The notes: a model not told the origin generated them from the letters alone. A DNA stretch of 64,000 bases from Patescibacteria group bacterium (GCA_028687275.1 JAQUAK010000001.1:507024-571023), one strand, 5' to 3'. Positions 50,132-59,740 are shown, counted from the first letter of the stretch. Numbers and translations are program-made.

Positions 50132-50401
50132 TTACTTTTTGCCTTTAAGCTTTTTTACGCCAGCAAGCAGAACTAAAACTGCGGCAGCAGCACTAATACC
50201 GGCTACAATTTTTTTCTTTGTCTCTACATCTGTGTTATCAAACTTTTTTCTTAACAAATCAACCTTCTTAACTACTTCATCACTAGCTTTTTTTAACTTC
50301 TTTGAAATTTCATCTGTATCTATTTTTATAATCTCTTTTTTTTCAACTTTAACTGGGGACACTTTTGTCTTTTTAATATTTTTTTTAACAACTTTTGGCA
50401 T
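50132..50401 (-). CDS. Small Lys-rich tail-anchored protein
   Basis: Basic N-terminus, C-terminal TM helix; downstream terminator at 50082-50113. Confidence 0.65.
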   Translation of the reverse strand: MPKVVKKNIKKTKVSPVKVEKKEIIKIDTDEISKKLKKASDEVVKKVDLLRKKFDNTDVETKKKIVAGISAAAAVLVLLAGVKKLKGKK

Positions 50402-50530
50402 ATTTTTTGTGATATATTCAACTTAAAAATAATTTTAAGTTGAATATATTTATTAATTTATTTTTATAAATTTACTTAATGATTAATTGAGCAATTCCTG
50501 CCTAATAAAAAATTATATCGCCGACAAGCT

Positions 50531-51748
50531 CTATTGTTGCTTATACTGAAGTAAATATATAGATCCAGCCTGGTCATCACTTACATATATTTTTCCTCCA
50601 GGTAAAGTTAAAACATCCGCTGGTCGCCCCCAAGCCTCGCCCTCAGAAAGAAAACCGGATAAAAACTCTTCCGTTCCAGTATAATTTCCTTCTATATCTA
50701 GCTTCATTCTCACTACCTGATAGCCTATCGGAGTGCTTCTATTCCAAGATCCGTGTTGAGCAACTAATAAATTATATTTATATTCGTCACCAAAACCTTC
50801 TTCTGGTATAAAATCTAATCCGAGAGGAGCCGAATGAGCTGGCATAGTTATAATAGGTGAAATAGTATCTGTGCAAGGATTTCGCTCATATTCTGTATTA
50901 TCGAATTCTGTATCTTGTATTTTATTACCATGGCAAGCCGGCCAACCATAATCTTGATATTCTTGTATTATATTTATTTCTTCTAGTGGGAGTGAATCCC
51001 CCAACCAATCCCTACCCATATCAGCGGCATATATTTCATTATTAAAAGGATTGAGCGTTATAAAAACAGAATTTCTAAGACCGCTTGCATATTCCTTTAA
51101 ATTAGAACCATCGAGATTACTAACAAGTATTTTAGCTCTACGCCAATCCTTCTCGACACAAGCATTGCATTTCGAACCAACTGATATATATAGACGTGGT
51201 CCATTTAAATCATCTTTAATTAAAACATCTCTTGTATAATGACCACCGTCATCAGGAAGCTCAACAATTCTCTCTTCTTCGCCTAGTTTCATTTTTATTT
51301 TATCATATCTAAAACGATAAATAGCATCTGTTTCAGCTAAATATAACCAACACTCATCCTCACTAAAACAATGGTCTACTAAACCATGAGGATTATAGCG
51401 ATTTTCTAAAAGAACAACCTTCTCATCTGCTACGCCGTCATTATTCCTATCAGGCAAGTATATAACTTTACCAGCCTGCATTGAACTTACAATAATTCCT
51501 GCAGGTGCAGCCAAAATATCTCTAACTTTACCAAGCTTTTCAGCAAAAATACTAAGCTCAAAATCATCGGGATAAATGAGAGGGCTATCTATTTTCTCTG
51601 AAATTTCTACTGGCCTGTCAATTAATACTTCAAGAAAGGATTCTGACTGATTACTAGAAGTATATAAGAAATAAGCTGCTAAAGAAAAACCGATTATTAC
51701 TAAGAAAATAAGGATGCTTATAATTATTATTAATTTATTTTTTTTCAT
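50531..51748 (-). CDS. PQQ-dependent sugar/sorbosone dehydrogenase family beta-propeller
   Basis: YISVGSKCN, GLRNS, DYGWP, HSAPLG, HGSWNR, GRPADV; start set at ATG 51748. Confidence 0.88.
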   Translation of the reverse strand: MKKNKLIIIISILIFLVIIGFSLAAYFLYTSSNQSESFLEVLIDRPVEISEKIDSPLIYPDDFELSIFAEKLGKVRDILAAPAGIIVSSMQAGKVIYLPDRNNDGVADEKVVLLENRYNPHGLVDHCFSEDECWLYLAETDAIYRFRYDKIKMKLGEEERIVELPDDGGHYTRDVLIKDDLNGPRLYISVGSKCNACVEKDWRRAKILVSNLDGSNLKEYASGLRNSVFITLNPFNNEIYAADMGRDWLGDSLPLEEINIIQEYQDYGWPACHGNKIQDTEFDNTEYERNPCTDTISPIITMPAHSAPLGLDFIPEEGFGDEYKYNLLVAQHGSWNRSTPIGYQVVRMKLDIEGNYTGTEEFLSGFLSEGEAWGRPADVLTLPGGKIYVSDDQAGSIYLLQYKQQ

Positions 51749-51877
51749 ATTAATGAAAAGTGAGCGCCGTTTTATCAATTACTATAAATATAACTTTAGT
51801 CTTTACTTATAGTCTCAAAAGGGACATAATTAAAAATGTTTGAGCACAAGTAATAAAATTAATTTTAATTAAACAAT

Positions 51878-52930
51878 ATGGCTAGAATTATTGGGCGAGG
51901 ATATTCTTTTGATGATGTTTTAATCGCACCTAAATATAATAAAATTATTTCACGTAGGGATGTTAATTTTCAAACTCAAGTTACAAAAAATTATAAAATC
52001 GATATTCCAATTCTAGCAGCTAATATGGATACAGTTTGTGAAAGTAAAATGGCCATTGCAATTGGACGTTTAGGAGGACTAGGCGTTATTCATCGCTTTC
52101 TTAGTATAGCACGACAAGCGCAAGAAATCACTGCAGTTAAAGAACAAAAAATTTTAACAGCCGCCGCCCTAGGGGTAAAAGATTATGAAGAGCGACTACC
52201 CGCCCTAGTGGCCGCTGGTGTTGATATTATAGTTTTAGACGTTGCTCACGGCCATTCTAAAAGAGCTGGTAAAGCTTTAGACTATATTAAGAGTCAATAT
52301 CCCCAAATAGATGTAATGGTGGGTAATATTGCCACTAAGGATGCGGCTGAATATTTTATTAGCAAAAAAGCTGATGCAATTAAAATTGGCATTGGTCCTG
52401 GATCTATGTGTACTACTAGAATTATGGCAGGCGCTGGTGTTCCGCAATTAACAGCTATAATGGACGCTTATGAAGCCAGCCAAGGCAGGGTTCCTCTCTG
52501 TGCCGATGGTGGCTTAAAAAATTCTGGAGATATTGTTAAGGCTATCGGAGCTGGAGCTGACTGCGTAATGTCTGGCTCATTCTTTTCTGGAACAAGCGAG
52601 AGCCCTGGTGAAATAATTAAAATAGATAATAAGGAGTTCAAAGAATATCGAGGCATGGCCAGCCTATTAGCTACTGTTAAAAAAATGAACTTAGATGGAT
52701 CTAAAGTTGATGAAGTAGTCCACGTTGAAGGTGAAATGACTAAAATTAATTATAAAGGGCCAATTAAACCTATCATCCATCAATTACTGGGCGGTCTAGC
52801 CTCGGGCATGACTTATGTTGGCGCTAAAGACATTGAATCTCTAAAAGGAAAGGCTGATTTCATAGAAATAAGTAGTGCTGGGTATAACGAGAGTAGGGCG
52901 CACGGAGTTAATCCTATGTTTGAAATTTGA
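51878..52930 (+). CDS. IMPDH/GMP reductase family, CBS-less; probably GMP reductase
   Basis: [33 protein letters not shown]; no Arg-Tyr in the flap. Confidence 0.88.
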   Translation: MARIIGRGYSFDDVLIAPKYNKIISRRDVNFQTQVTKNYKIDIPILAANMDTVCESKMAIAIGRLGGLGVIHRFLSIARQAQEITAVKEQKILTAAALGVKDYEERLPALVAAGVDIIVLDVAHGHSKRAGKALDYIKSQYPQIDVMVGNIATKDAAEYFISKKADAIKIGIGPGSMCTTRIMAGAGVPQLTAIMDAYEASQGRVPLCADGGLKNSGDIVKAIGAGADCVMSGSFFSGTSESPGEIIKIDNKEFKEYRGMASLLATVKKMNLDGSKVDEVVHVEGEMTKINYKGPIKPIIHQLLGGLASGMTYVGAKDIESLKGKADFIEISSAGYNESRAHGVNPMFEI

Positions 52931-53044
52931 GAAAAGAAGCAGTTTCAAAACTGCTTCTTTTATTATATAAAATGTTACAACAAAAATAAAATAATTCCTG
53001 AAACTTTAGCTTTTTATATATACTGATTTTTATTCTAGAAACGA

Positions 53045-54598
53045 CTAAGGATGGCGATAATTATCAACCGGTGACTTAACAGTATATTCTTCCGATAAAG
53101 ATATAGTCTCAATCAAGTCATAAACACGTTCTACATACTCATCATTCTCATCAAAAACTGAACGCCCTTGAGTTATGTTAAAATCAACCTTCATTACTAA
53201 TATCCCTTCTTTACTCGCGGCCGTAGTAGTAAAATGACACTGACTATTTTCCAATTGTTCACTTATCAAGGCACCATTGTTATAAAAACGCCAATCACAA
53301 GAATATTTTAGTCCTGGTTTTTCGTCAAAAAAATTTTGAATATTTAGCTTCCACATTCTAGCCTGTCCTCTCAAAAATTCAGCATCCAATGGGCTTTCAA
53401 GAGATATGCTAACTTTTCCATCTTTACTATAAACAGTACTTGGTTTTATTTTCATATCCTTTTCTGCAAATCCCTCTCCTTCATTACTATTATTAACTTC
53501 GGATTCCTCGTCTATACCTAACTCTGTCAATTTTTCTTCTAATACTTGCTCGTCCCCGCCCATTTTTTCATCATCTAAAGACACAAAAAGACCATCCAAA
53601 TAATCTTCATAGTCTTTGTAGCCCTGCGCCTCTAACCACTCTTCTAGTTCCAAACGATCCATCGAAACTCCGTCTATTTTTATCTTCATCTCTTTACCTT
53701 CATATACAGGCAAAGCGATGCCAATAACCTTCCCCTCTTGGGCGGCGGATCGAAAATTATCCAAACCAAACATAAAAGCATTGAACTTATCAAACCCAGT
53801 AGCAAGATTACTTGGTAGATTGGCAATAGTAAGAATAGCAGCCGCTGGCTCAGTTATTTTTCTTGCGTCACCTATTATTGCTGAAACGCTATTATTATTA
53901 CCAAGTCCAATATTAGCCGCATCTTCAGAAACTTCTAAAACCAGATCAGCCCCAGCCACAACTATCGCCACTTTGGTAACGGCCGAACCAGCAACTATAG
54001 CGCTCGTCCCTCCAGAAATAATAACCCCGCCTACAAATCCAGCCACCTTACAGCCATCCTTAATTACCACGGCAGCTGTTTCTAGTTTTTGAAACTCATC
54101 TCCAGCCTCATTCCAAGCATCAGCCTGTACCTCGTCTTGAGTTTGTTTTAAAATTTTATAAGCTCGCTGAGCATCTACACCTAAAAATTTTGCCAAAGTT
54201 CTAATCTTCTTGCCGGCAGGAGCTTTATCGAAAACATCGTTAATTTCTTTTGTAGTAACTGCTTGTGCCACATTTAAAAAGTTAAAGCTAAGCTTTTCTT
54301 CAGAATAATCTTCTGCATTTTTTTCTAGCTCCTTAGACTTTTTATCTAGCTTATCCCACATCACAAGCAATGAAGTCATTTGTTTGTCCCACGCATCATA
54401 ACTCTTATACTGTGACGCCTGCATCAACGTTGAATCAGTTAATATTCTTAACTCTAGATAATCCTTAGAAATGTCAATTGTTTCTTCAAAAACAGTTTGT
54501 TCCAAATTGCTTTTATTATTTTCTTTACCTAGAATAAAAAATCCCAAGATTAATATAAGCAAAACCACCCCTACAATAATAAATATTTTTTTGTTCAT
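53045..54598 (-). CDS. Membrane-anchored hypothetical protein
   Basis: N-terminal TM, central Gly/Ala-rich hydrophobic hairpin, acidic linker, beta-rich C-terminus. Confidence 0.75.
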   Translation of the reverse strand: MNKKIFIIVGVVLLILILGFFILGKENNKSNLEQTVFEETIDISKDYLELRILTDSTLMQASQYKSYDAWDKQMTSLLVMWDKLDKKSKELEKNAEDYSEEKLSFNFLNVAQAVTTKEINDVFDKAPAGKKIRTLAKFLGVDAQRAYKILKQTQDEVQADAWNEAGDEFQKLETAAVVIKDGCKVAGFVGGVIISGGTSAIVAGSAVTKVAIVVAGADLVLEVSEDAANIGLGNNNSVSAIIGDARKITEPAAAILTIANLPSNLATGFDKFNAFMFGLDNFRSAAQEGKVIGIALPVYEGKEMKIKIDGVSMDRLELEEWLEAQGYKDYEDYLDGLFVSLDDEKMGGDEQVLEEKLTELGIDEESEVNNSNEGEGFAEKDMKIKPSTVYSKDGKVSISLESPLDAEFLRGQARMWKLNIQNFFDEKPGLKYSCDWRFYNNGALISEQLENSQCHFTTTAASKEGILVMKVDFNITQGRSVFDENDEYVERVYDLIETISLSEEYTVKSPVDNYRHP

Positions 54599-54735
54599 TT
54601 TTTTATTATTATTTATAATATTAGCTACCTAATAATTAATGCACAGTACTCTTAAATTATACCAAATTATTACATATATTTCGATGCTTTCTTATCTATA
54701 TACAAAAAAATACCTAAACATAGGTATTATATATT

Positions 54736-54800
54736 GTACGGAATTGTAGGCCACTCTGGAGTCAAAATAATAAAAAACCTGGAACTATTTAGTCCCAGGA
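54736..54800. repeat. Cassette-boundary repeat copy A (att-like segment plus terminator)
   Basis: Aligns without gaps to 55439-55480 (27/42 identical; 14 of 15 differences are transitions), then a hairpin containing AACTATT. Confidence 0.7.
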
Positions 54801-54826
54801 GTAGACGATACTAACGTCTATAAGAG

Positions 54827-55354
54827 TTATTCAAACAGAAATTGGAAATAGCCCTTATTATCTTCTTCGTACCAAGCGGGTAACTTACCGTTACAAGCTT
54901 GTATATATTGGCATGTTTCAGCAAATGAACATCCAATAATTCTAGCAATAATAGACACGCTCACCGCAACATCTTCTTCTGCGGTTAATCCAGAGGTAGA
55001 TACTCTTAAAATACCCTCCTGTAATTTTTCACCTTTTTTCTCTGGATGAGAATAAAAAATTGAAACACTACCTGCGAATTCCATAGAGTCAGGATTGGCA
55101 GAATTGCCTGAAGACATATCTGATAACATGTGCGATCTTACAGCCTTCTCTATGGCAAAAAATCTGGCCGCCTCGGAAGGCTCTTCGATAGAACCCATTA
55201 CCAAATTCCTCGTTCCTGGCTCCCAAACGATAACCTGTATGCCAGTTCTTTCTTTGTCGTCAGGGCGAACGTCCTTGGGCATGCTGACAAATTTTTTAAA
55301 CAATTTAGTGGCAACGCCAACAATCTCCTGTCTTCTTTCATCTAAATTAATCAT
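54827..55354 (-). CDS. Hypothetical protein, divergent GlcG/HbpS-like
   Basis: AIEKAVRS...GSVSI...VSTSGLTAEED pattern; strong SD AAGAGGAGG. Confidence 0.6.
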   Translation of the reverse strand: MINLDERRQEIVGVATKLFKKFVSMPKDVRPDDKERTGIQVIVWEPGTRNLVMGSIEEPSEAARFFAIEKAVRSHMLSDMSSGNSANPDSMEFAGSVSIFYSHPEKKGEKLQEGILRVSTSGLTAEEDVAVSVSIIARIIGCSFAETCQYIQACNGKLPAWYEEDNKGYFQFLFE

Positions 55355-55438
55355 TTCAAAGCCTCCTCTTTTAGTTAAACAATAAATATTTTAAAGGGCA
55401 ATAAAAAAAATATAGCATAATTGCTATATTTTTGTCAA

Positions 55439-55502
55439 GCACGGGGTCGTGGACTGTGTTGGAACTGAAATAATAAAAAATCCCGAAACTATTGCCCCGG
55501 GA
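55439..55502. repeat. Cassette-boundary repeat copy B
   Basis: Begins GCACGGG, identical to the tRNA-Trp 3' end (55807-55813); homologous to copy A. Confidence 0.7.
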
Positions 55503-55527
55503 TGATTCTTGTTGGACCGAGAATCTA

Positions 55528-55731
55528 CTAGTCATATAGTTGCTTGAGGAAATGATCCTCAACTATTTCTACTTGACTTTCGAGTTCGGGATGCTCCCCT
55601 AACAGGTCTTCGACCTCTTTTTTATAACGCAGATAATCTTTTTCTGCATTAGGGTTGCCCATAGTCCATCTTTTTTCGGCTCTTTCTCTCTGGCCGATTA
55701 GAGTGTGCAGTCTTGATCGCGGTGATTCCAT
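55528..55731 (-). CDS. 67-aa hypothetical protein
   Basis: Has its own TTGACA-N17-TATACT promoter and downstream hairpins. Confidence 0.6.
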   Translation of the reverse strand: MESPRSRLHTLIGQRERAEKRWTMGNPNAEKDYLRYKKEVEDLLGEHPELESQVEIVEDHFLKQLYD

Positions 55732-55807
55732 TTACATATTTTTTAGTTCAACAATTTCATTATAACTACAAAAAAAGTATATCATAGATACACTTTTTTG
55801 TCAATAG

Positions 55808-55878
55808 CACGGGATGCAGGTGCCGCCCCTGCGCCACCGGTTTTGGAGACCGGCGTACTACTGTTATACTAATCCCGC
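55808..55878 (-). tRNA. tRNA-Trp(CCA) with non-canonical D/T loops
   Basis: GCGGGAT/ATCCCGT-G73, CCGGT-CTCCAAA-ACCGG, T-arm GCAGG-GGCGGCA-CCTGC. Confidence 0.85.
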
Positions 55879-56115
55879 ATTTTAAATTAATTTTCTAAGT
55901 CTTTTTATAATAATAAAAAGCTCTTTTACCATTCTACTATCCCCATCAGTAATTAACAAGCGCCCTTTATATCCTTTTTTATTATTACTCTCTGCATGGG
56001 TTTTATTATACACAGAAAATCGTTTTTTACAAATACTGATGAATTTATTACCTTTTCTCTTTTATACCAAATAAACCTCTACAAAAAGAGGTTTATTTAT
56101 ATACTATCACTTAAT

Positions 56116-56256
56116 TTATTCTTCTCCATTATAATCTGATTTCTTAATCTGCATCTCTTCATCACAGCAGATAATTGGGCTACCCCCATCACGAATAAAT
56201 TTTACTTCATTGCCGCAAATGCGACAAAAATATACTTTATCAACACGACTACTCAT
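56116..56256 (-). CDS. Stand-alone desulforedoxin-like protein (46 aa), missed by the ORF track
   Basis: MSSRVDKVYFCRICGNEVKFIRDGGSPIICCDEEM...: C-x2-C-x15-CC. Confidence 0.88.
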   Translation of the reverse strand: MSSRVDKVYFCRICGNEVKFIRDGGSPIICCDEEMQIKKSDYNGEE

Positions 56257-56275
56257 ATATTTGTTATTTACCTAG

Positions 56276-57457
56276 TTATTTCTTACCAAAATGTTTTAAT
56301 TCTTCTTTGCGCCGTTTCTTTTCTTTCTTCTCTTCTGCTAATCTCTCTACTTCTACTTTCTTAGCAGCATCAATTGCTTCATTTCTATTTTCAGCACAGT
56401 TACCACCATCTAAAGATTCACAAAATTCCATTTCATAGATGTGAAAAATAGTTACCGCAATAGCGATGACAAGAGGGCCAAGTACTACCCCCCAAAAACC
56501 AAAGAGAATTACACCGCCTAAAATAGAAAAAACAACAAAGATAGGGTTGACCTGAGCCTTACCCTTAATCATATAGGCGCGGATAATATTATCAATATTA
56601 CCAATAATAATCGCGCCCCAAAGAATGATAAATATACCCTGCCAAATTTGACCAACTAGAAGATAATATATACCAACGGGTAAATAGAAAAGCATTGAGC
56701 CAAGATATGGTAAAAGTGATAATAGACCGACTAAAATTCCGGCCAAGAGGGCCGGAAAGCCAATAATAGCAAAGCCAATTGCACCCGCCAAGCCTTGTGC
56801 AGCCGCCGTAACAAAGGTAGATAAAATAGTGCTATAACTAACCGCTCGGAATTTTGCAAAAATTTCTCGATCATAAGCATTCGGCAGAGGTGATAAGTAC
56901 ATTAATCTCTCCAACATCTTTTTGCCATCAACGAAGAAGAAAAACATGGTGATGATGATGATAAGCAAAGAAATAATAAAATTTGTTGTACCCTTAACCA
57001 ATACAGTTGCTCCGGATAAAAGCCAATTACTTGAACGCTTAAAAACATCCAAGAACATATTCTTAAAAGAATCGTTGCTATAAATACCAGAAATATCAAA
57101 AACACCAAAAAGCTTTTCTGGCAAAACGCTAGTCTGAATAACACCATTAACGCTGTGCTCATTAAAGAAAGTAACAGCTCGATCATAAGCGCTAACTGAT
57201 TCTTGCCCGGCATATATAACCAAACGAACAGTCGGAATAATAATCAATAAAACTAGAAAAAAACACATAAAAAGGGCGGCCAAATTCTGGCGTCCTTTTA
57301 AAAACTTACTTAGCTTTAAATAAGGCGTATAAAATATTGAAGCTAAAATCGCTGCCACCAATATCTCGGTGAGAAATGGTTTAAAAACAAAATAACATCC
57401 AATAAGTACCAATCCTAATAGTAGGAGTAGGAATGGTTTAGTCAGGCTTTTAGTCAT
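56276..57457 (-). CDS. AI-2E/PerM family transporter
   Basis: LLPYLGS, DNIIRAY, GFWGVVLGP; start set at ATG 57457. Confidence 0.9.
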   Translation of the reverse strand: MTKSLTKPFLLLLLGLVLIGCYFVFKPFLTEILVAAILASIFYTPYLKLSKFLKGRQNLAALFMCFFLVLLIIIPTVRLVIYAGQESVSAYDRAVTFFNEHSVNGVIQTSVLPEKLFGVFDISGIYSNDSFKNMFLDVFKRSSNWLLSGATVLVKGTTNFIISLLIIIITMFFFFVDGKKMLERLMYLSPLPNAYDREIFAKFRAVSYSTILSTFVTAAAQGLAGAIGFAIIGFPALLAGILVGLLSLLPYLGSMLFYLPVGIYYLLVGQIWQGIFIILWGAIIIGNIDNIIRAYMIKGKAQVNPIFVVFSILGGVILFGFWGVVLGPLVIAIAVTIFHIYEMEFCESLDGGNCAENRNEAIDAAKKVEVERLAEEKKEKKRRKEELKHFGKK

Positions 57458-57541
57458 AATGGGCATGGGGGTCGCTATTGCGACCACTTAAAAACTAAAG
57501 CTAATAAAAACCAAGCCGCTAAAAAAGGCGGCTGGTATAAA

Positions 57542-57697
57542 TTATTTGGTTTCCTTGTGCATCGTATGCTTTTTACAAGTACTGCAATACTTCTTCATTT
57601 CTAATCTTTCTTTTAAAATTTTCTTATTTTTATGAGAAAAATAATTTACAGTTTTGCACTCCGTGCATTCGAGCTTGATCATGTTATCCTGGGACAT
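57542..57697 (-). CDS. rpmG: 50S ribosomal protein L33 (zinc-binding form), missed by the ORF track
   Basis: [47 protein letters not shown]. Confidence 0.96.
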   Translation of the reverse strand: MSQDNMIKLECTECKTVNYFSHKNKKILKERLEMKKYCSTCKKHTMHKETK

Positions 57698-57863
57698 AAG
57701 ATACAAAAACGACAAAGATGCGATTCTCTAATCTTGAACTCGCAAAACAGTCGTACACTTTTACATTATTTAATTACACTAATACAATAAATAAAAACTA
57801 AACAAAAGTCAACTATTTCAAGTAGCTCAAAGATGATAAGTGGGCAAATATTACCCTAATTAT

Positions 57864-58745
57864 CTATTTTTGGCAATGAGGACAATAATGTGTCCCCCGG
57901 CCAGCCACTTTTATCTTACTAATTATTCCTCCACAAACCAAGCAAGTTTGTCCCTGGCGTTGATATACCTGTAAATAATTAACAAAATTACCTTTTTTAC
58001 CCCTAGCATCAACGTAATTACGAAAAGTGGTGCCTCGAGCTTTAATCGCTTGTTTGATGATAATAATGATAAGATTGTGTAAATCTAGCAATTCCGATCT
58101 TTTTAAGCTCTTAGCTGGCCTGTCAGGCCTAATTTTAGCGGCAAAGAGAGCTTCATCGGCATAAATATTACCTAAGCCAGCAATAAGCTTCTGATTTAAA
58201 ATTACCGCCTTTATCGGCGCACTTCTTTTCTGACATAACTCTTTTAAATAATCAAAGCTAAATTCCTTATCCATTGGCTCTGGACCATAATTATTTTTTA
58301 AAATATCCCGAAGCTCATCGTTACTCACCAACTTAATATAACCAAATTTGCGTATGTCATTAAAATATAGATGTCTGTTTTTATCTAAATCAAAGATGGC
58401 GCGGGTATATTTATTTGGCAATTTACCACCGACAGCTTTAGTTAGAGAATCATCCGATAAACTATGCCCACCCGCTAGAGTTTTATTACTCTGCTCATAA
58501 ATTAACTGCCCTGTCATTTTTAAATGAAATAATAAATGTTTATCAGGCGCACTTAAATCTACAATCAATAGTTTGCCGCGACGACCCAGGGCTACGATTT
58601 TTTTTCCCTTTAGAAATTTAGCCAAAAAAGTCGCCCTAGGAGCGACATTTTTAAAATTAATTATTTTAATAGATTGGAAACTAGCTCCGATTAAATACTT
58701 TTCTAGATCACGGCGCACTGTTTCCACTTCTGGCAATTCAGGCAT
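57864..58745 (-). CDS. mutM: Formamidopyrimidine-DNA glycosylase
   Basis: MPELPEVET, HLKMTG, GLGNIYADE, C-terminal zinc finger. Confidence 0.96.
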   Translation of the reverse strand: MPELPEVETVRRDLEKYLIGASFQSIKIINFKNVAPRATFLAKFLKGKKIVALGRRGKLLIVDLSAPDKHLLFHLKMTGQLIYEQSNKTLAGGHSLSDDSLTKAVGGKLPNKYTRAIFDLDKNRHLYFNDIRKFGYIKLVSNDELRDILKNNYGPEPMDKEFSFDYLKELCQKRSAPIKAVILNQKLIAGLGNIYADEALFAAKIRPDRPAKSLKRSELLDLHNLIIIIIKQAIKARGTTFRNYVDARGKKGNFVNYLQVYQRQGQTCLVCGGIISKIKVAGRGTHYCPHCQK

Positions 58746-58746
58746 A

Positions 58747-58851
58747 TCACAAAATAGAAGTAATAGTAATAACAATAGCTAAAACTACTAATTCCACTGC
58801 AAATATTTTAGTTAAACTCCATCCAATTTTATCTGGATCAATTAAAGGCAT
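58747..58851 (-). CDS. 34-aa single-TM peptide MPLIDPDKIGWSLTKIFAVELVVLAIVITITSIL
   Basis: TGCTATAAT 8 nt upstream; stop 1 nt before the mutM ATG. Confidence 0.55.
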   Translation of the reverse strand: MPLIDPDKIGWSLTKIFAVELVVLAIVITITSIL

Positions 58852-58891
58852 ATACAGACATTATAGCAGAAGCAAGATTTTTATCAAAAGA

Positions 58892-59644
58892 CTAGAAAGG
58901 GCAAACTTTAACAGAATTAGAAACTGCTCCCTGACAAGGGGACGCTTTAACATCTTGGCCACCGAATGAACAAGGAGAAGATGAGGGAGAAGAAGAGGAG
59001 GAGGCAGAAGAGCAAGCTGTTGTGGACACATTACTACCATTAAAATTAAAAATGGAGGCAACATAAATCATCACAGAAACAAAAGCTAAAAGCACAATAA
59101 TTTGTATGTAATTAATTTTCTGTATCTCTTCTTTTTTTCTCACTTCACAAACTCCGCCAGGACAAAGCTCTGCCTTATCTTTATTAAATAAATTATATAA
59201 ACGACAACCAACACAAATACCAAAAGAAGTTTCAAAGAAAAGTAAGAAAACACAAATAAAACAAATTAAGCAACTAAAGATAACAGAAAAGAGTCCAAAA
59301 ACTGTGGTAAAAAGCATTATTATAGCTAAGCCCAGCCCCATGCTCCAAGCAAATCGTTTCTGGGGAGCGCCCGTATACTCAGGTTTTTGTCCAGAAACAA
59401 ATAAGCGTCCCAAAATCATAACTGGTGCATATTTTGGATTAATGAAAACTCTAATTACAAATTCAATAGTGAAGGCAACAATAAATATTTTAATAAACAC
59501 AAAATTTCCTAAAAGCATCACATTAAGCAAGGAAATCATCGCAAAGAAAAATAAAATACCAGCCGAAGCTCGCGCCTCTCTTTCATTTAAAACTGGAACT
59601 GAAAATCCGGTGACTTTCTCACCAAATTGAAATATTTTAAGCAT
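58892..59644 (-). CDS. DUF4395 family membrane protein with Cys/Ser-rich tail
   Basis: NEREARA, PQKRFAW, FETSFGICVGC. Confidence 0.85.
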   Translation of the reverse strand: MLKIFQFGEKVTGFSVPVLNEREARASAGILFFFAMISLLNVMLLGNFVFIKIFIVAFTIEFVIRVFINPKYAPVMILGRLFVSGQKPEYTGAPQKRFAWSMGLGLAIIMLFTTVFGLFSVIFSCLICFICVFLLFFETSFGICVGCRLYNLFNKDKAELCPGGVCEVRKKEEIQKINYIQIIVLLAFVSVMIYVASIFNFNGSNVSTTACSSASSSSSPSSSPCSFGGQDVKASPCQGAVSNSVKVCPF

Positions 59645-59740
59645 ATAATAAAATTTAATTAATAAGAAAAATTATAGCTTATTAATAATTTTAACTCAAA
59701 TATAACAAAAGACTCCCAAAATGGAAGTCTTAACTTAATG

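Noticed and set aside
55944-56041. CATCAGTA...TACTGATG inverted repeat, considered as a 6S-like RNA
   Set aside because: Only 8 bp with no extended pairing; the region is better explained by tRNA-Trp promoters.
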